Source: Carcharhinus amblyrhynchos | Lineage: Eukaryota | Length of the DNA: 64,000 bases | Direction: 5' to 3' | Assembly (NCBI GenBank): GCA_965287045.1 | Contig: OZ336874.1 | Coordinates: forward strand, 88,660,001 to 88,724,000 | Shown here: piece after piece, positions 12,307 through 26,200 of the stretch | How the letters are laid out: each line of letters opens with the position of its first letter | Numbering within the stretch: the stretch's first letter is position 1 | Notes under the pieces: generated by a model | What the model was told of the DNA's origin: nothing | Database searches by the model: none | Seen by the model: only the letters and a program-made list of their open reading frames with translations | Translations under genes and position numbers: made by a program

Positions 12307-13548
12307 AACAAACTAAGACACGTAAATCTGCTATCCTCTGAATTTATATTTGCATCAGTATAGGTTTGTATGGTGCTCCATTGATATGTAGCCAGTCTAT
12401 ACAATTTTTGATGAAATCACCAGCAGATGACTTCGATGCTGATGTCAATAAAGGAATGCAAAGTGACAAGATAGTAAAATGGAAAATCAACACAGAGGCA
12501 GCAATTGTAATTTTAACCTTGTGCAATTGTATACAATGGGTTAAGAAGAATTAGTGGCGTGTTTTACATTTCTCCTGATTTTATAAAATTAAATTTTGTG
12601 AGAGATGTGCAACATTGACATTTACTATCGACAAAATTACCCTGAAGAATCTAATTCAATATATGTTTGCCCTTTTCCCTTAATCCTGAGATATAAGCAA
12701 GTAGCCATACATTATGAAGTAGTTAAGGAAAGTTAAGGAAAACGAAAGTCTTACATTTGAATTGAAAGCATAGTCCCAAATAACCTTTCACCTTCAATCT
12801 GTACTTTTCTCTGTGGCCATTTTTTGAAGAAAAATTAATTTGGCAGCTATTGCCAAAGCAGAATAATAGAAGTTATTGTATACATCTAAAAAATTCACGT
12901 GACTTCATACCTTGTGTGTTATGAAGTTCCAGTTGTATAAATATCATTTGGTACCATGATCCATGTGGTGTATGTTACATAAATACATATTAAACAGAAA
13001 TGCAATGAACAGTATGTCTGCATGCGTACTGACAGATCTGCTTCTTTTTCCATTTTATATTAAGAGTTCAACGCCCAACTTTTCCTTGTTTATAAAAACA
13101 AAGTGCCTATTTGGCCACAGCTGCCGCCTTTATTATTCATGCTAATAGGAGTAGAACTGTCTTTCTCCATATACCTACACCTTTTTGCCTTTCAGTTTGT
13201 GACTTTGAATCCTAACTTGTCCCTCTCCAAAAGTGGATTTCTCCCATCCCACCTGCTGTCAGACCGCATGTCAGAAAGTCAGAAACCCAACAATGCAAAA
13301 TCATGTTGCAATTCTCCCTGTGGCAGGTGAGTCTTCTTTCTGGCTGGAAGCATGAATGGCATTTGCATTCATTTCCATCTCATGAATGCTCAATATTTGG
13401 CCGCAGGTACCCCAATGGGCCTTCCAACCTTGCATCACGCCAGTGTTGGTTTAAACCCCGATTGATGAAGAGTGGCACGCATGGGGTAGTCCTCAATTTG
13501 CAAGAGACTGTGGGGTGAGTGCAACATTTCTGTCATAGAGCTGTACTA

Positions 13549-14070
13549 CTTGGCCTTGGAGGGAGTGCAGAGGAGGTTTACTAGGCTGATGCCGGAGTTG
13601 AGGGGGTTGAGCTATGAGGAAAGGCTGAATAAACTAGGCTTGTACTCGTTAGAGTTTAGAAGAATGAGGGAAGATCTCATTGAGACGTATAATGTGATGA
13701 ATGGGATGGATAGGATAGAGGTGGAGAGACTCTTCCCGCTCAGAAAGGACAGTAGGACTAGGGGGCACAGCCTCAAGATAACGGGGGGGCGGTTTAGAAC
13801 GGAGTTGAGGAAGAACTTCTTCACTCAAAGGGTGGTGAATCTCTGGAATTCTCCGCCCGTTGAAGTGGTGGAGGCTGCCTCGCTAAATATTTTTAAGATG
13901 CGGGTTGATGGGTTTCTGCTAAGAGAGGGGATTAAGGGTTATGGGGAGAGGGCGGGAATGTGGAACTGAGCCACGACAGATCAGCCATGATCTTATTGAA
14001 TGGCGGGGCAGGCTCGAAGGGCCAGATGGCCTACTCCTGCTCCTATTTCTTATGTTCTTATGTTCTTATG
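13549..14070 (+). mobile_element. Young CR1 (HER1-like) LINE 3' fragment
   Basis: ORF ALEGVQRRFTRL..YEERL..LYSLEFRRMREDLIE..RTRGHSLK..NFFTQRVVNLWN; (ttcttatg)3 tail; about 95% identical by manual count to 38646-39163. Confidence 0.95.
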
Positions 14071-15627
14071 AAGACAAGGGGAGTAATGTGGAAGGAGGAC
14101 TGTGCAAGGATGAGGGCTCACAATGACAGGCAGAGAGGCAAGGAGGTGGATGAAGAAGAAGAAAAATGGAAGGCGGAAGGAAGACTGAGCAGAAGAAATG
14201 CTGGACTCTAACAAGACTGTATGAAAAGCTCACAAAGGGGTCAAAGGATATGGTGAGTGTCCATTTAAGGGCAATGCAGCAGAGTAAGGGTCATATGGCC
14301 TGTGTGAGCACTTGGGACTCAGAGTGTGGAATCATTCTATGGTGGGAGAGGCTCTTAGGCAAAGAGACATTTTTGGAAGCCATCTACATCCATGAGACTG
14401 CTGAACAATTCTTATTAAGTGCATCTTTACAAAGGGATTCTACATCAGTTGCTGGAAGGGCTGCACAAAGACTCCAGATGTGGTGGGTAGAGGTCCATGT
14501 GGGGCATGGGCACTTCACAGATGATGGGCTCAGGGGAAGCCTGGTTGAACGGAGGAACAGAAGAATTCTTTTTGTCATGGGAAGAGCCCAAAAGGTATTG
14601 ATTGAGGTGCAAAAATGTAAGAGAGCATCATGGCTGCCTTTTAGTATATAAGAAGTAAAGTTTATGAAATGTCAACCCAGTAATCTTTGAACTGTTTTCA
14701 GGATGATCAAAGGGATGAATTAAATGGGCTGTTTAATAATGACCTTTTTAAAAATTCTATTGTTACATTGTGAATGTGCTGAAATCAAGTTGAAGTTGGA
14801 ATGTACTGTGCTTCAACAAATATTTTGACAATCTTCCTGAAAGATTCAAAAGCCACTTGAGGAAACATTTGAAATACTCCAATATTATTAACACATTCGG
14901 TTTAGTTTCTTTTCAATAAATAAACTGTGAATGTTGTATGATAATGTCTTACAGGCCTAAGGTTGTCTTGCTTTTGTAATACAGATCTCAAATTAATATT
15001 TTAATCTTCAGTAGCAAAACCTCTGCTTCTGTATTCCCAACCCAAAGCTAAAGGACATATCACAGAAAAGCATAACTCAACCCATCAATTTCTGTCCATT
15101 TCTGCTGAGAACTATTTCCACAAATTTTGGCATCGATTTTGCTGTTGTAAGGACAGCAAAATTGTTGGTGTTCATCAACATTACTCCTCTGACACCGAAA
15201 CCAACTTCTGAAGACTCCACATGCGCAGCTAAACTTGGAAATCCAGACGCTGCTGTCACCGATTCTAGGCTTCTCTGTACAATGTGCTATTGAGATTTCC
15301 ACAGACTACAATTAAAGAACACTGAACTGATGAATACTTACCCTAATTCTTGCATTAAAAAAAATCCCTGCTGCAGGATGTTTAATTGGATTGTTCACGA
15401 TGGCCTGTTAGATATTATCATATACTTCTCTTAGAAATCACTCTAGGGCTGAAAAAATAATTTTATACTGTGGAACATCAAATTTTTTCATAGTGATAAA
15501 AATCCACTTAATTCATATTTTTGCAGGTTTGTTTATGATAGTTACACTTCTACCTTAATCTCATGTATAGGTTTAAATCAATTATTTTCTCTCTGTAAAA
15601 TTTAATTGGTTTATTTGGTAACACATC

Positions 15628-15778
15628 CTTTTGGAGCGCTGCTCCTTCATCAGACTCACTTGATGAAGGAGCAGCAGTCCGAAAGCCTGTGCTACTAAAC
15701 AAACATGTTGGACTTATCTGGTGTTGTGAGATTTCTTACTGTGCCTACCCCAGTCCAATGCCGACATCTCCACATCAT
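15628..15778 (+). mobile_element. Penelope-like terminal repeat with two back-to-back inverted hammerhead-like cores
   Basis: cttttggagcgctgctccttcatca (15628-15652) pairs 22/25 with tgatgaaggagcagcagtccgaaag (15661-15685); the remainder matches 5990-6072. Confidence 0.72.
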
Positions 15779-16218
15779 AAAATTTAATTAAAAGTGAAAG
15801 ATAGCTTGTGTATTTTTCCTGGTTTGCTGTCTATGGGAATGCTTCAATGTGATTGGTTACCTAGCCTGCTTAATGTTGTCATTATTGCTAAATGTCTGAA
15901 GGTCCCACATACTTGGGATCAGATTCAAACTGATGTTGGTTGGAAAAGGTGAAATCCACACCCCAGGCATAGTTGAACATTAGAGGGCATTTTCTGCGAG
16001 ATTTTTGATTGTTTTGCTTTGCTGCTGACACTGAAATCTGGTCCATTCACCCAGAAGAGCTGTAAGGCAAACTGTTTCTATCTTTCTCCCCCTTCAGTTT
16101 TCTCCTCTCTTCTTCCTAACCCATTGACTGACCTATGTATAGAATGGTTCCATATGCACCACCCGACTGATGAAATAAGTTGTATCTTGGTGAATAACTG
16201 ATTGTCAAAGATTCATAC

Positions 16219-16612
16219 AAAAGCCAAATACTGCAGATTCTGGAAATCTGAAATAAACCTTAGCAGCAGCTGTGGAGGGAGTTAACTGGTGGAATTTTTC
16301 CATTTGTGCTGGTTGGAATGGAGAATCTAGTGGCAGGCAAAATGTCAGAAATCCATTGGTGTAAAAAATTGAATTGGGATGAGCGAGGAGTGGACCAGGG
16401 AAATGTCCCTTTGTAAACAGTGAAAGGTACGGCAGGGGAAGATGTGTTCAGTGATAGCATCATGCTGGAAGTGGCTGAAATAGCAGACAACAACCCACAT
16501 AGGATTACACAGGATATATGGCAGAGAAACGGGCTATTTGGTTCAACGAGTTCATGTTGACGCTTTTATCTCTCTTTACTTCTGATGAAAGATCACCATC
16601 AGCCTGAAACTT
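16219..16612. mobile_element. Penelope-derived end remnants (16219-16286 and 16580-16612)
   Basis: aaagccaaatactgcagattctggaaatctgaaa matches 4306-4337; CTGATGA-a-ag..ct-GAAA-c at 16582-16610. Confidence 0.45.
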
Positions 16613-18364
16613 TGCAGGGGGGATTTTAGGCTCCTGTTTTTATTGGGTGGGGGTGACGGGCATGTAAAATTTTGCAAGATGTCCAAATTATGTTTTACAC
16701 CCAAGTAAAAGAATTATATGCCCCCCCCCAACTTCACCACCCTACCCTGCCTTCCCTACCAGTAATGCAACAGGATTCCAATGTCGTATTGGAATAACAT
16801 TTCCATAAATTTATATCTCATTATCCATTATCTAGCCTCTAAGCCTGAATCGTGCCTCCCAACCCCTTCCGTAAGAAATACCACTCACAGTGGCATGAGG
16901 ACAGACCAGCATGAATTATGACGAGTCTCCCGAGGCTTACACCTTGCAAGCAGACCTCCCAGAGGAGCTCAGGTCAGCGCATGGCTCAAGGGGTAGAGGG
17001 CACTACTCAGGCATTGCCCAGATACTACCTGGGCACTGTCTGGGGATCAGGCACTTTCCTAAGGAGCAGGCAAGTCTTTACAGCTCACTCTTGGGCACAG
17101 TATTGGGAAAGGAGATGTGAGGTAGTGACATTTGGTATATAGAGATTCAGAGGAAGAGAATAAAATAAAAACAAATAAATCAAAAAATAAAGTGGTTTAT
17201 ATCATTATAACCACATTTGGCATCTTTAAGAAATGGCTTATTGTTCATGGAGGTGTCATTAAAGGGAATAAACAAAATTGGAAAAAATCAGCAATAACAT
17301 TAGCTGATAGTTTTTGTAGTTTTCCACTTTGCATAAAAATAATTTAGTCACATCAATGGTCTTTCATTTTAATGGTCACTGCAAAATAATGTTAATTACT
17401 AACAATAGAGCTCTTAACACATTCTGTTTTGCACTTGTGCAATAAATTCTCCACTGACACCCATTGTTTCAGACTTATTTGAATTTGTTGTATCTTCAGA
17501 ATAAACAAACGTTGGTGAGCATTGCAGCTGCAATTAGTGCTGGACTGCATAACAATTGGAGTCAGAAGGCAGAATGAGATCTAATGGAGTCACAGTATGG
17601 GCAAATTCAGAGCATGTCCAGGAAGATATTTATCATTCAGTCCCACTGACTGAACAGAAATCTGCAGAGCCAATCATGAATCAGCTCTTCCTCCCTTATG
17701 ATGATCAAGGTAGTGACAGCTTTCAGCCTCCATACCATCAAAAATTCCCAAACAACAGTAAAGCATATCACAAGGCTGAGTTACATGTCCATTTACAGAG
17801 GCATAAAACTGGCAACTGATGTACCGTGTTTGTCAACCACCAGAACATCAATTTTCGCATGGAGCTAACCCAAGGGCTGCTTCGATCAACTTTTGACATT
17901 TTTCAGGGATCGAGGAGTTTCAGTTGTCATGCATACAAAATGCAAGGATGCCTTGATGTAAGTCCATTCAAAAACATTTTACTCTTTTAATATACAGATT
18001 ATGTGACCAATAAATTTGAATAATGCAAGATAATGGCAATTAAACACCCTTTGCCAAGTTTGAGCAAACTTTACCAAGGCTTATCAAGAGTTGGGTTCAG
18101 CTGTCTGCTGGAGATATGGGCTATTTACTGCAGCTGCAGCAAAGGATGCCTCAGCAACATCTGTGTTGCAAAGCTGAGCTGTAGCATAATGAGGTGTATT
18201 CATAGACTGGGGAGGTAATGATGCAGGCCCACCAGTCATTCAGAGTTTTAGGTACCTGGCAGCTGCCTTATTTATGATACAGAGTAGGTCACTGCATGCT
18301 GTAAAATATTGTTGTTGGCATTAGCAATTATTCACTGATAATCAGCAGGCTGCAGTCCTAAAAA

Positions 18365-18582
18365 GAAGGAATTTGCATTTATATGCACACTCAGGCCAGC
18401 TTCACAGGCAGTGAAGTGCTTTTGAAGTTCATTACTGCGTTTCAGTTGTAGCAGCCAATCTGCACAGCAAGGTCACCTAAACAGCAATGAGATCAATATC
18501 AAGATGATCTGTTTTATTGACTTTGGTTGATGGATAAGTGTTGGCCAGAACATCTCAAGAACTCTTCTGCCCATCTTTGAAT
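18365..18582 (-). mobile_element. Deu-domain SINE (SacSINE1/AmnSINE-related) fragment
   Basis: gcagccaatctgcacagcaag..aaacagcaatgagat..gatctgtttt..ggttga..gataa..ttggccag, homologous to 44730-44830. Confidence 0.7.
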
Positions 18583-20039
18583 CAGATTTGTTTATGGCCT
18601 ATAGGTGTGTGAATGGTTATTTAATAGTGATGATAATGTGAACAAGTCCAACATAATGCTTGAAAGGGAGAATGTAAAATAACTTCTAAGGTGCAGATTG
18701 TTGCTCTGGGGTTGAGTGTACAGGGATTGGAGAATTCCCAGCTCTGTGAACTTGATCTTTAAAAATGGTGATCCACAGTTCAGATTTTCATTCTGGTGTG
18801 GTGGGTGAGATTAGAGGTTGGGCCCACCACCTGCAGACTGAGTGCAAAGGCTGCTGTGTTTGAAGGTTAACTTAGTGCCAAGACGTACCAACTCATTCCC
18901 TCACTCCTTGCCAATCCACATAATATTCATTGGCAATTCTTTGACAGTTTTGACAGTTCCATAGCAACTATGGCAGTTCTAATAATTTTACACTTTTTAC
19001 ACAATTATGTTTACTTTTGACAATCCTAAAGGATATCTTACCTCTTGAAAAGGTGTCCCAGGACCATATCCAAAGGGGTAGTTTACCCCTCCAAAGGGGT
19101 ACACTGGCTATACAAATAAATCCACCAAGTTCAGATGTCAACTAGTCTAATCCACACCTTCCAGGTTTTACCCTCCTGGCTTAGGAAAACCCCACTCCAT
19201 TGAGGCAGCTGGTGATTTAAATAGCCAACTGCCTCCATAAACCACTCATGCATGAACCTTGACCCAACTCCAGCATGAAAATAAGAAATGATGTGTTCAG
19301 GTCATGGATTTAGAATTTCCAGCCATTTCAGCTATATTTGCCATGGCAGAGTGTTAAATATCTTGTCCTAAAATTCTAGACTTAAGAAGGGCTGATTTCA
19401 GTGGATTTAGACAGAGACTGTTAACTACTTTGATTCTTAAGATGTAGGAGCTGTTTTATGAGAAAAGGTTGAGCAGTTTACAAATTCAAAGACCATTAGA
19501 GTGACTAAACAAAGCATCATGAAGCACTAAGTGCAGTTGGACACTCAAAGTACCAAGGTCATTCACCACATCCAGAATTATTTCCAGCCATCTCGGCCTT
19601 GTGCTGCCATAGGGTTGAGGGGTGTGTACATGAGAGTGAGGCTGGTACAGCACAATTCTTCCTCACCAGAATCTATTTCATGTAGTAATTCATGACCTCA
19701 CCCACTAATTCATTCATCATATAGCCTTCAAGTCCTTTGATGCTGGGGAAATGCTGAAGCAGCAGATGAGGATGCATTGGAAGCTTTAATCTTGCTCACA
19801 GGTGACTCAGGCCATGGAATCACCTTTCACCAGATTGAAGCAGTCATAGGCTTCAGCATGTCGAAGTGACTGAGCAGCCTTTTTCAGCTCTGCAGTGTTT
19901 ACCCCCATTGCATTAGGAGGTGTAAGAAAATGTGTCCTAAACATTGTCTGCTTCGCCTTTCCTGACCACTGTATTGTAACAGATGGAGATCTCATTAAAG
20001 CGGTCAAACAACAAGTGTAAGGAAGGCAACTTACTATCA

Positions 20040-22370
20040 GCAAATGGTACATGTAAATACTCATGGGCTATACCAGAGCAGACAGAGCAGAGTAATAAAT
20101 AACCCTGGTTAGGAGAGAACTTGTCAGATACAACATCCGCATGGCAGCATTGAGTGAGACTTACCTAGCTGATAGAGTTAAATACATAAGATGGAGCCGG
20201 ATACACCTTCTTTTGGAGTTGTCACAGTAATGATGAGCACCATGAAGCAGGAGAAAGATTTGCTATCAAGTCCAACCTAATCCACAAATTTGACAATCTC
20301 CCAACAAACGTAAGTGACTAAGTTGTAACATTATGACTTTTCCCCCAGAGACAAAAATCATATCAGCATTGACACTGCTTATGCATCCATGATGGCAAAT
20401 CCTGAAGAGGTGAAAGTTAGAGGCCAGCGTTCTCCTGGCCCACTGCACTGCTCGAGCAGACCAGGAGACACCGGCCTTTAGAAAAGCTCCCAAGCCCTTT
20501 TTTATCACAATCAACTCCACACCAGAAGTTAGTGCAGAACTGATTACCATTTGGAAATCGAGAGGCCGGTATTCTCCAAGCCTACTAGAGTCTCCCCCTC
20601 TCTGCCGGGAGTCGTTCCCTATGCAGGATTTAACAACTGCTCCCTACTAATGGAAACAGGTATCCTGACCCCAATGGTGGGGTCAGAGGCCTTTGAGGCC
20701 CCCCCAGGTGGTCAGAGGCATGTGCCAGCTCGCTACCCTGGCATTGGCCAAGGGACAACATGCAACTGCCTGCTGGACACCAGGCAGTGCCAAGGTGGTG
20801 GAGCCAGAGGGGATAGGGCATACAAGGGGACGGAGATTACCGGGGTGGGGGGGTATACGGGGCGGGGCCTACCACTCTGCAAGTGGGATTGGGAGGGGTG
20901 AAGGGAGGAGGCGAGCGGGGCCAGTGGAGGCTTATCAGGCTTCAGTCATGGCTGACCAGGGGGAGCTAGGCCAAGGAGAGGGGTGGAAATCAGGGCTGAT
21001 CCAAGAAGGTCTGGAGGCCAGCAATCAGGGGTGTTGGGGGCCTGGCCAACAATCAGGACAGTAATCGGATGGCCGGTGATTGTGGGGCCAATCTGCATGC
21101 GCTGATCTCCTCTCTGACAGATCAGCACATGCACAGTGGTCTGCTCAGCTTTATGCTTCTGGCGTCTTGGACGGGAATAGGCCACACCACCTGCGTGAGG
21201 AGGGAATCACGCTCAGGCACTCTATAATGCACAGAGTGTTGAAGATTCGTTCTGGCAAGTACACTCAAAAAACGGGTGGGAAATACTCCTGTTCACCTGT
21301 TGGGCACTTAGTTTTGTTTTGGGAGAATGTTTGACTGTTTGATTACTGCAATGTCAAGATTGAACACACACATTGGGCATGTTTTTTGGTCCCCTCCCCT
21401 CACAATGTGTTTTGTGGTGATGAAAACAGCCTGCCATTATCTGGCAGTAGAATCTATAGGCCCTGCTGTTGTCAATGGGGTTTTCCTTGTTCACACCCTC
21501 CATTGCCACGGAACCTATGGTGGTGGTTCACCATTGGCTGGACTAGATGATCCCACCACAAGAAAGGCAGGAAAATCCTGCCCATCATCTTTGGTGATTT
21601 CAATGCCAGAGTTGGCACAAACCCTTAGACTTAGGAGGGTATTATAAGGAGAAATGGATTTGGTAACCATATCAGCAATAGCCTTCTTCAGACAAAGATG
21701 CATGCAAAGCATTATGTCGTTATTACCACCACTGTATTCCCTCTGCCAAACTGAAATGCAGCATCCGGGATGCACCCTCATTCTAAACACTGGCAGCTAA
21801 CTGACTACATTGTCAGAAGGAAGGACTTGATGTTAGAATGAGCAAAACCATGGATGGGGTTCTCCAGCCATGCTCGCCCTAAAACCAGAGAATGCAGCCC
21901 GAGGTCAACAAAACTTTACATGGTCTGTTCTCTGCCCACTACAAGTCCCATGGTGGGCAGGACAGGAGAACTCCCCCCATACATGGAGCAAATTGTTGAA
22001 CTGACCACAGACGCTGTCTCCAAGTTCAACATCCACACCTAACTCAAGACAGTCAAGCTGAGAGTCAACATCTCAAGACTCCAAATGGATATTGTAAAGC
22101 ACCAGGACTGGTTTGCTGATAACACTGATAAGATCCAGATTCTATTAGATAAAAAACATCATCTGCCCAGAGCCTACCAAAACAAAATGCTCATCCGCTG
22201 CTAAAGAAAGCCATTTTCAACAACGTCCATAAAATCATCCAATCTAGGCTTAAAGTGATACAGGCTCACTGGCTAAGCTAGAAGAAATTTAATTGTATGC
22301 AGAAAGAAACAGCATTAAATGTTTCTAATGATGCTCTGAAGGCAATCGACCATCCACGGGTTTCCAGAAA
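20040..22370 (+). mobile_element. Degenerate RTE-clade (BovB-like) LINE, AP endonuclease plus linker, split by later insertions
   Basis: Translates RELVRYNIRMAALSET, GAGYTFFWS, FAIK, AYASMMANPEEVK; resumes at about 21583 with IIFGDFNARVG, MHPHSKHWQLTDYIVRRKD. Confidence 0.85.
20422..21330. mobile_element. GC-rich non-autonomous DNA element inserted in the RTE LINE
   Basis: Abrupt GC rise that interrupts the RTE reading frame; termini agcgttctcc / ggagaatgtt are imperfect inverted repeats. Confidence 0.55.
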
Positions 22371-22399
22371 TTTTCTTCTCTCCCCTCAAGTTTAGCAAA

Positions 22400-23990
22400 G
22401 TGTTAGCAACATTTGCTTTCACTATGCTATCATTGGTTATCAGTGTGGTGTATTTCTCATTATATTGCTTAGTTTGTGATCACATATCAATGCAGTTTCT
22501 AATCTGGCTCTCACTCTTCAGTTTCAATATCACTTGTATGGATGAGACCCAATGGGTAGCTCTTCCCTACCTTGCTGAATAATGCCAAGGTCAAATAGAT
22601 GCTGAAATGCCATCTCTATTTCCTTTCAGATACTCAACGGTATTCATTGTTGTTGATGACTGGGGGACACATTTGAGTCTACATGTAGCTTGCACGTAAC
22701 ACTCAGTTTGCCAATATCAGTGACGCAATCGGCATACAATTCAAGAATGCTGTTGTGTGCAGAATCATGTATGTAACTGCAATCATGTGCAGATCTTTTG
22801 TTGTGTCAAAACTGATAAGTGTGTCACGACCTCCAAATGTGGCATAGAGTAGCATTTATTCTGGTGTCTTTGAATGAGCAGTTGTTTCTAAAGTCCCGAG
22901 AAATTTCAGTGGTTTATCATAAGAGTATTGGGTAATCATGAAGCTTTTTGCCTCCCATTACACTGATAGCTACTCCTCTATCTAGAAGAGCATCTCCAAC
23001 CAAGCAACCAGCAGTCACTATCACACATGTCCCATTGCCATGTCTGAAAGATAGCAGTAAAATATATTCAGAGTCATCCATTTCTACCTTGGCTAAATTC
23101 TCTTGCCGTTTTGTTGTGATACATGTAAGTGGAAACCTACTGGTGGCATTGGCCAGAGTGACTGTTTTTCTGATGATTGAAAACCATGAACAAAGTGGTT
23201 GAGATTTTACCACGAGCTTTTCATTGTAGCAGGGCACTCTGTCCAGTGTGGCTAAGTACCACCTCAGTGGAAACATTATTTAGACAATTCACAACTCTGT
23301 TTGTGAAACTGCTATTATTGCTTTTCAGATGGTTTCCTGGCATGTGTGTGATCAACAATGTTCGCAGGAGTTAAAATTGGAGTGTGGTAGCTACTGTTAG
23401 CAGCCTCAGCTAAATTAGCCTTGGACTCTGTAAGTGATAGTGATCTTTCTAACTCCAGCAGCTCTGACAGGTTTCTGTCTTTCTCGAGTGCTTTTCAGTC
23501 TAGTTGACTGGAGAGACGACCTTCGATTAACTACTTGCGTTTTGATTTCCTGCAAAACATATTCATCATCACCAAAGCCACATTTGGTTGCAAGTTGGCT
23601 CTGTCGCGTGCTATATTATTAAATAGCCTCCTTTTTTCCTTGTTTATTGCAATTGAAAATTACTGTCTTGCATACCATATTTTACTTGGGCACGAAACAG
23701 CTTGTTAGTACATTTTTTCCTGAGTCATAATCGTTTTGCTCATGCATAAATATCTCAAAAATATCTTCCAGTTTACCACCTCCACAGTGGAGAAGGGAGA
23801 TCTTTTTCTTTTTGTCATCTGCAAAACCTTCCATTATGTCTTTGAAACTTTTCAGCAGCTTTTCCAATATGAGAGTACAGATGATAGAACCAAGTCCATG
23901 TCAAATCATGTAAGTTGAGCATAGATAACATCACATTGAACAGCAATGCAGTGATAGTGTATGATCAAGGATCCAGGATCACAGTCCCTC
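22400..23990 (-). mobile_element. Degenerate Gypsy gag-pol remnant
   Basis: ORF 23682-23867 KKISLLHCGGGKLEDIFE..YDSGKNVLTSCFVPK fits the Gypsy gag N-terminal pattern; the downstream sequence is heavily disrupted and boundaries are approximate. Confidence 0.6.
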
Positions 23991-25117
23991 CAAAGAAAAA
24001 AAAATGCTCTGCAATGATCTGAGATTCATTTTCTTTTCTACTCTGAAGGTTCATTTTACACGTGCATACTTTACAGGCCTCTCTATTGTTAATCTTAAAC
24101 TGGATTGCCTCCTGCAGTCTCTAAAATAGCCTCTATTGGTGGGATTTTCTGCCATACTCGTCCCAAGGTCAGAAATTCCCACCCGAGGTCATCGGACCTT
24201 TGCATGGTTGTCTTCCACCTGCTGCCCTAGAGATGGTGTCCTGATTGGTGGGAGCTGGAGGGGAGAAGGCCCCAGCCCCAGTAATAGATGTCTGGTTAGT
24301 GGGAACCAAGGGAGTGAAGGCCCTGGTTCTGGAGGTACTTTCCTACCAGTTGGGAGTCAGGAGAGTGAAGGCCCCAGCTTCTAAAGCATTTTCCTTGGTG
24401 GTGGGAACCTGGGTAGGGGAGGGCCAGGCTCTGGAATAGTAGTGTTGGTCGCAGATCCTACGGGGTCACTGATCCAGGTCATCTTCAGGTCAGGTGTCTT
24501 CAGGGTCCTGAGGATCGCCAAATCTGTAAGAGATTGTAATAAAGCATTGTTAAAGAGTTTAAAAGAGTTAGAATAGAGTTTCAGAAGCATAGAATGAGAG
24601 TAAAAGAGAGCATTAGAGGGTATGCTGGGCAGAAGTCGCCATGCTCCAGTGCCATTTTGGCTTTTGAATTTTGTTCCAAGATTCTTTCTCCATGCCATTT
24701 CTAATCCTAATATCACAATCTTGCCTTGCCAGGACAAGTAAAATGTTCACATTCAATAAATGAGAGAATATTTCACTCACCCACTTGGCATGTTTGATTA
24801 TTAACTTGTAAAAATCCCTCTGAAAAATATCTGGCACAGTCTCTGCATTTCAGTCCCACCTCGTTTGGCAGTGTGTTAGATTTTCCAAAATCATACTAAG
24901 AACTAGAGTGCACAGGATGACCAGGCCCCACTGGGTTTTCCAGCCAGTAATTTTTTTATGGATTGTAAATCCTGTGGGGCTCACCGACCTCTGTATATGA
25001 ACTCCCAAAATGAAATCTTGGTGCGTGAATTCCATACTATGTGTCAATGCTGAGAAGTCAGCACACTGGGACACTCTTCAAGCATCATTGCTGCCTTTCT
25101 CTTATCTTGTTGCTGTT

Positions 25118-25403
25118 TTCACTCCACTGACCTTTCAGTCTGTGCCAATGAAGTAACTGACACTATTCTAGGTTGCATGAAAGGTTCCATAACTCATATG
25201 TCATACCATCGACCATATCTGCATTCCATTTTCCTTGTCATTCTGCTGCATCTTGAGAAAATTCTGACTTTGCACTTGGTCAGTAGAAAGATCCTTAGCC
25301 AGCTTTATCTTTCCTCAGAACTGCTGTTAGAACTAGTAAATAGAATCTTAATGAAAGCAATTGACTGCTATCTTTACACCCAAGAGTTATTCCTTCTGCT
25401 TGA
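25118..25403 (+). repeat. Left arm of a 286-bp inverted duplication of non-repeat DNA
   Basis: Reverse complement of 26887-27359 once the CR1 insert is removed; 5 mismatches counted. Confidence 0.97.
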
Positions 25404-25637
25404 CTGCCAAAGCTGTTTCTCATAGTTTTTCTCTGAAATTTCCCTCCCACCTCTCTTCCTGGTAGTTCTGTTACTTCTTCTAAAAAATACATGGGTTGGG
25501 GGTGCATTGAAGGGGAGCATCAAATTTCTCTCCATCTAGGGCTTCTGGATCTCTGAAGCACTGCAGAAACAGCAAACTTTTATTGTAAGGAGCTTATGAT
25601 CCCAAAAATGTCTGTCCAGTCTTTATAAAGACAAAAG

Positions 25638-25915
25638 GAAATAAGAAATACAAGCAACATATGTCCCCTTGAGCCGTGTTCCACCATTCAGTTTGATCAT
25701 GGGTGATCTTCTGCCTCAACTCCTCAACTCTACATTCCTGTACATTCTTGATCCCCTAATTCCCTGAAAGATCAAAAAACTGTCTACCTCAGTCTTGAAT
25801 ATATTTCAATATTGGGACATCCACAAGCCTCTGGCACAGACAATTCCAAAGAGTGAAGAAATTTGTCCCCATTTTATTTGACCTGTAACTGTGCCCCTGT
25901 TCTAGATTTCCCAGT
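25638..25915 (-). mobile_element. Old CR1 3' fragment
   Basis: aagaaata..cccttgagcc..ccaccattca..gatcatgg..atccacaagcctctggcacagacaattccaaaga. Confidence 0.7.
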
Positions 25916-25934
25916 CCGGTGATTGTCCCTGTGC

Positions 25935-26200
25935 TGTAATGACGTGTATCTGCATGCATTATAATGCATAATGCTCAGCAGAGCAAGAACAATGTGGACC
26001 GCCCACAGAGTGACACATGTAGTCACATGGTCAGAGTACAGTCTAGGACTGAACTTGGAAAGCAGTATGCGTGCATGGGACAGCTCCATGCAAGATTATA
26101 TTTGGAACATAGATAAAGCCTACCAATAAAAGTGTTTATGTTTAAGCCTGAAGATCTCATCAATAAGTCATCACCACTGCAACAAAAAAAAATAAATACA
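25935..26200 (+). mobile_element. LTR-like segment (Gypsy type)
   Basis: Starts tgtaat, contains gtcacatg and aataaa, ends ..taca followed closely by tgg. Confidence 0.45.
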
